From contig OZ241981.1 in the NCBI GenBank assembly GCA_965204345.1, positions 1,024,001 to 1,088,000 on the forward strand: DNA of 64,000 nt, read 5' to 3'. Positions 62,110 to 64,000 of the stretch are shown here, in pieces. The translations under genes were made by a program, and so were the position numbers. Position 1 is the first letter of the stretch, and every line of letters begins with the position of its first letter. Source of the stretch: Nitrosopumilus sp. GTDB lineage: Archaea; Thermoproteota; Nitrososphaeria; Nitrososphaerales; Nitrosopumilaceae. The notes beneath the pieces were generated by a model, which was not told the origin of the DNA, did not search any database, and was given only the letters and a program-made list of their open reading frames with translations.

Positions 62110-62647
62110 AATCTTTTAGGATAGCAGTCATTAAAGAAAGTTAGCATTGGCAATTACAGTAACTGTAGAGTTTTTAAAAAATTTCGATTATTAATAATTT
62201 TTATATTTACTGAATTTAATCAGTACATTCTAGTAGATATGGATACATCCAATAATAATAATAATTGTTAAATTGAGTTTTTTTTTTTGAATTAACAGTG
62301 GCTCAAACCAGAATTCTCTTAAAAGCTGAAAAAATAAAAAAGAAAAGGCTAGTGTAAATTAGCATGTTCCCCTATGCTAAGAACACGAATAAAACAGAAT
62401 ACACAATTCTTTTCTTGGCAATGATTTTACTAATACCTGTTGATATGAATAATTCATTTGTGCAGTAAATGCCAGGAGAAGAAGAGTTTGAAGAACAGGA
62501 CCCCCCATCTAATCCTGGAGGTCATTATCTCGAATTGCTGGTGCAATTACATTTTAGAATCTTGGCTACCAATTTACTTCACTGCTAGAACGCCACATCA
62601 TGGATCAACTAATGCATATGTTGCTGCTAGAATATCTGATTAAATGC

Positions 62648-62722
62648 TACACTGTTCAATCTTAGTGTCATTTGCCTGTTTTAAACAGACTGTTCAATTC
62701 GAGTGTACACTGTTCAATCTTA
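62648..62722. repeat. stacked ACTGTTCAAT motifs (17-bp TACACTGTTCAATCTTA twice plus a central partial copy)
   Basis: 62648-62664, 62689-62698, 62706-62722. Confidence 0.85.
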
Positions 62723-62726
62723 AACA

Positions 62727-62870
62727 TTAACGTACCCTTTCTTTGTTCCAGTATGGAGAATTGCATTTTTTATTATTGCAGTTTTTGGGAGATTCATTTC
62801 GACTATACCAAATCTCATTACATCTATTGCATTCATGTCTCCAATATGCACCATCTACTTTCACACTCAT
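62727..62870 (-). CDS. small zinc-finger protein (47 aa, absent from the ORF track)
   Basis: MSVKVDGAYWRHECNRCNEIWYSRNESPKNCNNKKCNSPYWNKERVR; same pattern as 4722-4889. Confidence 0.78.
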   Translation of the reverse strand: MSVKVDGAYWRHECNRCNEIWYSRNESPKNCNNKKCNSPYWNKERVR

Positions 62871-62907
62871 ATTCAAACGATAAATTTAGCATTATATAAT
62901 AATTTAC

Positions 62908-62955
62908 TATATGTAGTTAAAAAGTATAGTATATATGTAGGTGAAAAGTATAGTA
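62908..62955. promoter_or_regulatory. tandem 24-bp repeat upstream of the zinc-finger gene
   Basis: TATATGTAGTTAAAAAGTATAGTA / TATATGTAGGTGAAAAGTATAGTA. Confidence 0.6.
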
Positions 62956-63213
62956 TGATGTGAGAGATATGATGATGATAAAAAATATCAAAGGCTCTGG
63001 AAAGCCGATGATGTGTTTAATAGGCTCTGAATATTTCTCACATTCCCACTTTATAATTTTTGAGGTTGAATCCAAATGAACTTAAATTCTAATCTTGATG
63101 CAGTTTGCTGTGATACTTTTGCAATTGTAATTTGCCGACTTTGATTTTACAACAACGCATAGGGATAACACGCAAAATTTCCGTTTTAAATACAAACTGT
63201 ATTCTGATGTGTA

Positions 63214-63348
63214 ATGGTACAGCTAACAACTGAAAACATCAAATGGCTGGCACTAACTGCTGTCATTGCAGTAGCTGCAATCGCCGTGATAGGTACAGGT
63301 GTGCTTACCGGACTGTCTTCTGATTCCATAGAGATAACAGAGGCTTAA
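63214..63348 (+). CDS. 44-aa single-TM small protein
   Basis: MVQLTTENIKWLALTAVIAVAAIAVIGTGVLTG... Confidence 0.55.
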   Translation: MVQLTTENIKWLALTAVIAVAAIAVIGTGVLTGLSSDSIEITEA

Positions 63349-63414
63349 ATGCAATAAATATAAAAATTATAAGTAATCAAAATTTTATTAGGAAATAATT
63401 GTGATTTTATCATA

Positions 63415-63570
63415 TTGCAATGTAGTATTTCAGAATGTAAAGAAAAAGCTGTTCAGACGGTGAAAATTAGTTATAGAGAGACTAGAAATCTATGTGATAA
63501 GCACTACAAGTTGTTCAAAAATAAAGATAGAAAGCATTTTCCAAGATTTTCAAAAGCATCAGACTATTAG
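63415..63570 (+). CDS. 51-aa small Cys/His protein
   Basis: MQCSISECKEKA...NLCDKHY (TTG start). Confidence 0.6.
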   Translation: MQCSISECKEKAVQTVKISYRETRNLCDKHYKLFKNKDRKHFPRFSKASDY

Positions 63571-63640
63571 TGAAAGCAAAAGGAATATCAAAAACAGAAA
63601 TGATTGAAAGATTTAACATCTACTATTTATAGATCAGAGT

Positions 63641-64000
63641 ATGGTAGGCAGGAAAAAAAGCACTTCAAAGAAAACAGTGAAAAAGACTGCTTCAAAACCA
63701 AAACAACGAGTTAAAACTTCATCAAAGAAACCTGAATTTGAAAAAGCATGGAAAGATTACAATTCTGCCCTGAACGGATGGAAAGAATCTCTTGCGCAAT
63801 GGCAAAAGGCTACAAATGAAACTTTGATAACATATCATGATGCATGCCAAAAGGCATTAGAATCAGATGCTGAAATGTTAAAAAAAGTAAGTACTAGTTG
63901 GGAAAACACATGGCAAGAAATTGGACCAGAATATATCAAACAGCAAACAAAGATGATGGAAAATATATTTAAAGAAACAAACATTGAATCAATAAAAAAA
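63641..64000 (+). CDS. hypothetical helical protein with Lys-rich N-terminus (runs off the window)
   Basis: open frame MVGRKKSTSKK...FEKAWKDYNSALNGWKESLAQWQK to the window end. Confidence 0.7.
   Translation, partial: MVGRKKSTSKKTVKKTASKPKQRVKTSSKKPEFEKAWKDYNSALNGWKESLAQWQKATNETLITYHDACQKALESDAEMLKKVSTSWENTWQEIGPEYIKQQTKMMENIFKETNIESIKK

Noticed and set aside
62458-62899. Plus-strand ORFs 62458-62643 and 62672-62899
   Set aside because: Weak starts, no motifs; the second is antisense to the zinc-finger gene 62727-62870.

Overview
Chromosomal window from an ammonia-oxidising archaeon of the Nitrosopumilus type (inferred from tiaS, dph2, csl4, thermosome, eL42/eS27, archaeal initiator tRNA and the his/cob gene order). 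About 1-22.2 kb is an AT-rich, decaying defence/mobile island. Its centrepiece is an intact 6,259-bp single-transposase IS6-like cargo transposon (3168-9426; perfect 32-bp terminal inverted repeats; 8-bp target duplication GACTGTTA). It carries a type III restriction-modification system whose mod gene is out of frame at a G10 tract, a candidate phase-variation switch. The island also holds a DUF262 nuclease, two AbiEi-like antitoxins with apparently truncated toxins, a frameshifted HARE-HTH nuclease, HAD, RusA-like, PIN and aspartyl-protease genes, duplicated wHTH regulators and IS remnants. 22.3-37 kb and 42-62 kb are core genes (his operon, mvaA, tRNA-iMet, tiaS, dph2, pheA, guaB, folP, guaA, thermosome, ade, cobalamin genes, asd, ctaB). 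A second accessory patch (37-42 kb) contains an internally deleted copy of the transposon, a DUF3800 gene with a structured downstream segment, a ParB-like gene and a degenerate tRNA-Leu-like element. Two unrelated loci (21502-21611 and 40050-40156) show a 36-38-bp target duplication flanking a 34-35-bp foreign insert, the geometry expected of off-target CRISPR spacer integration. Family assignments come from motif recognition by eye, not from database searches.
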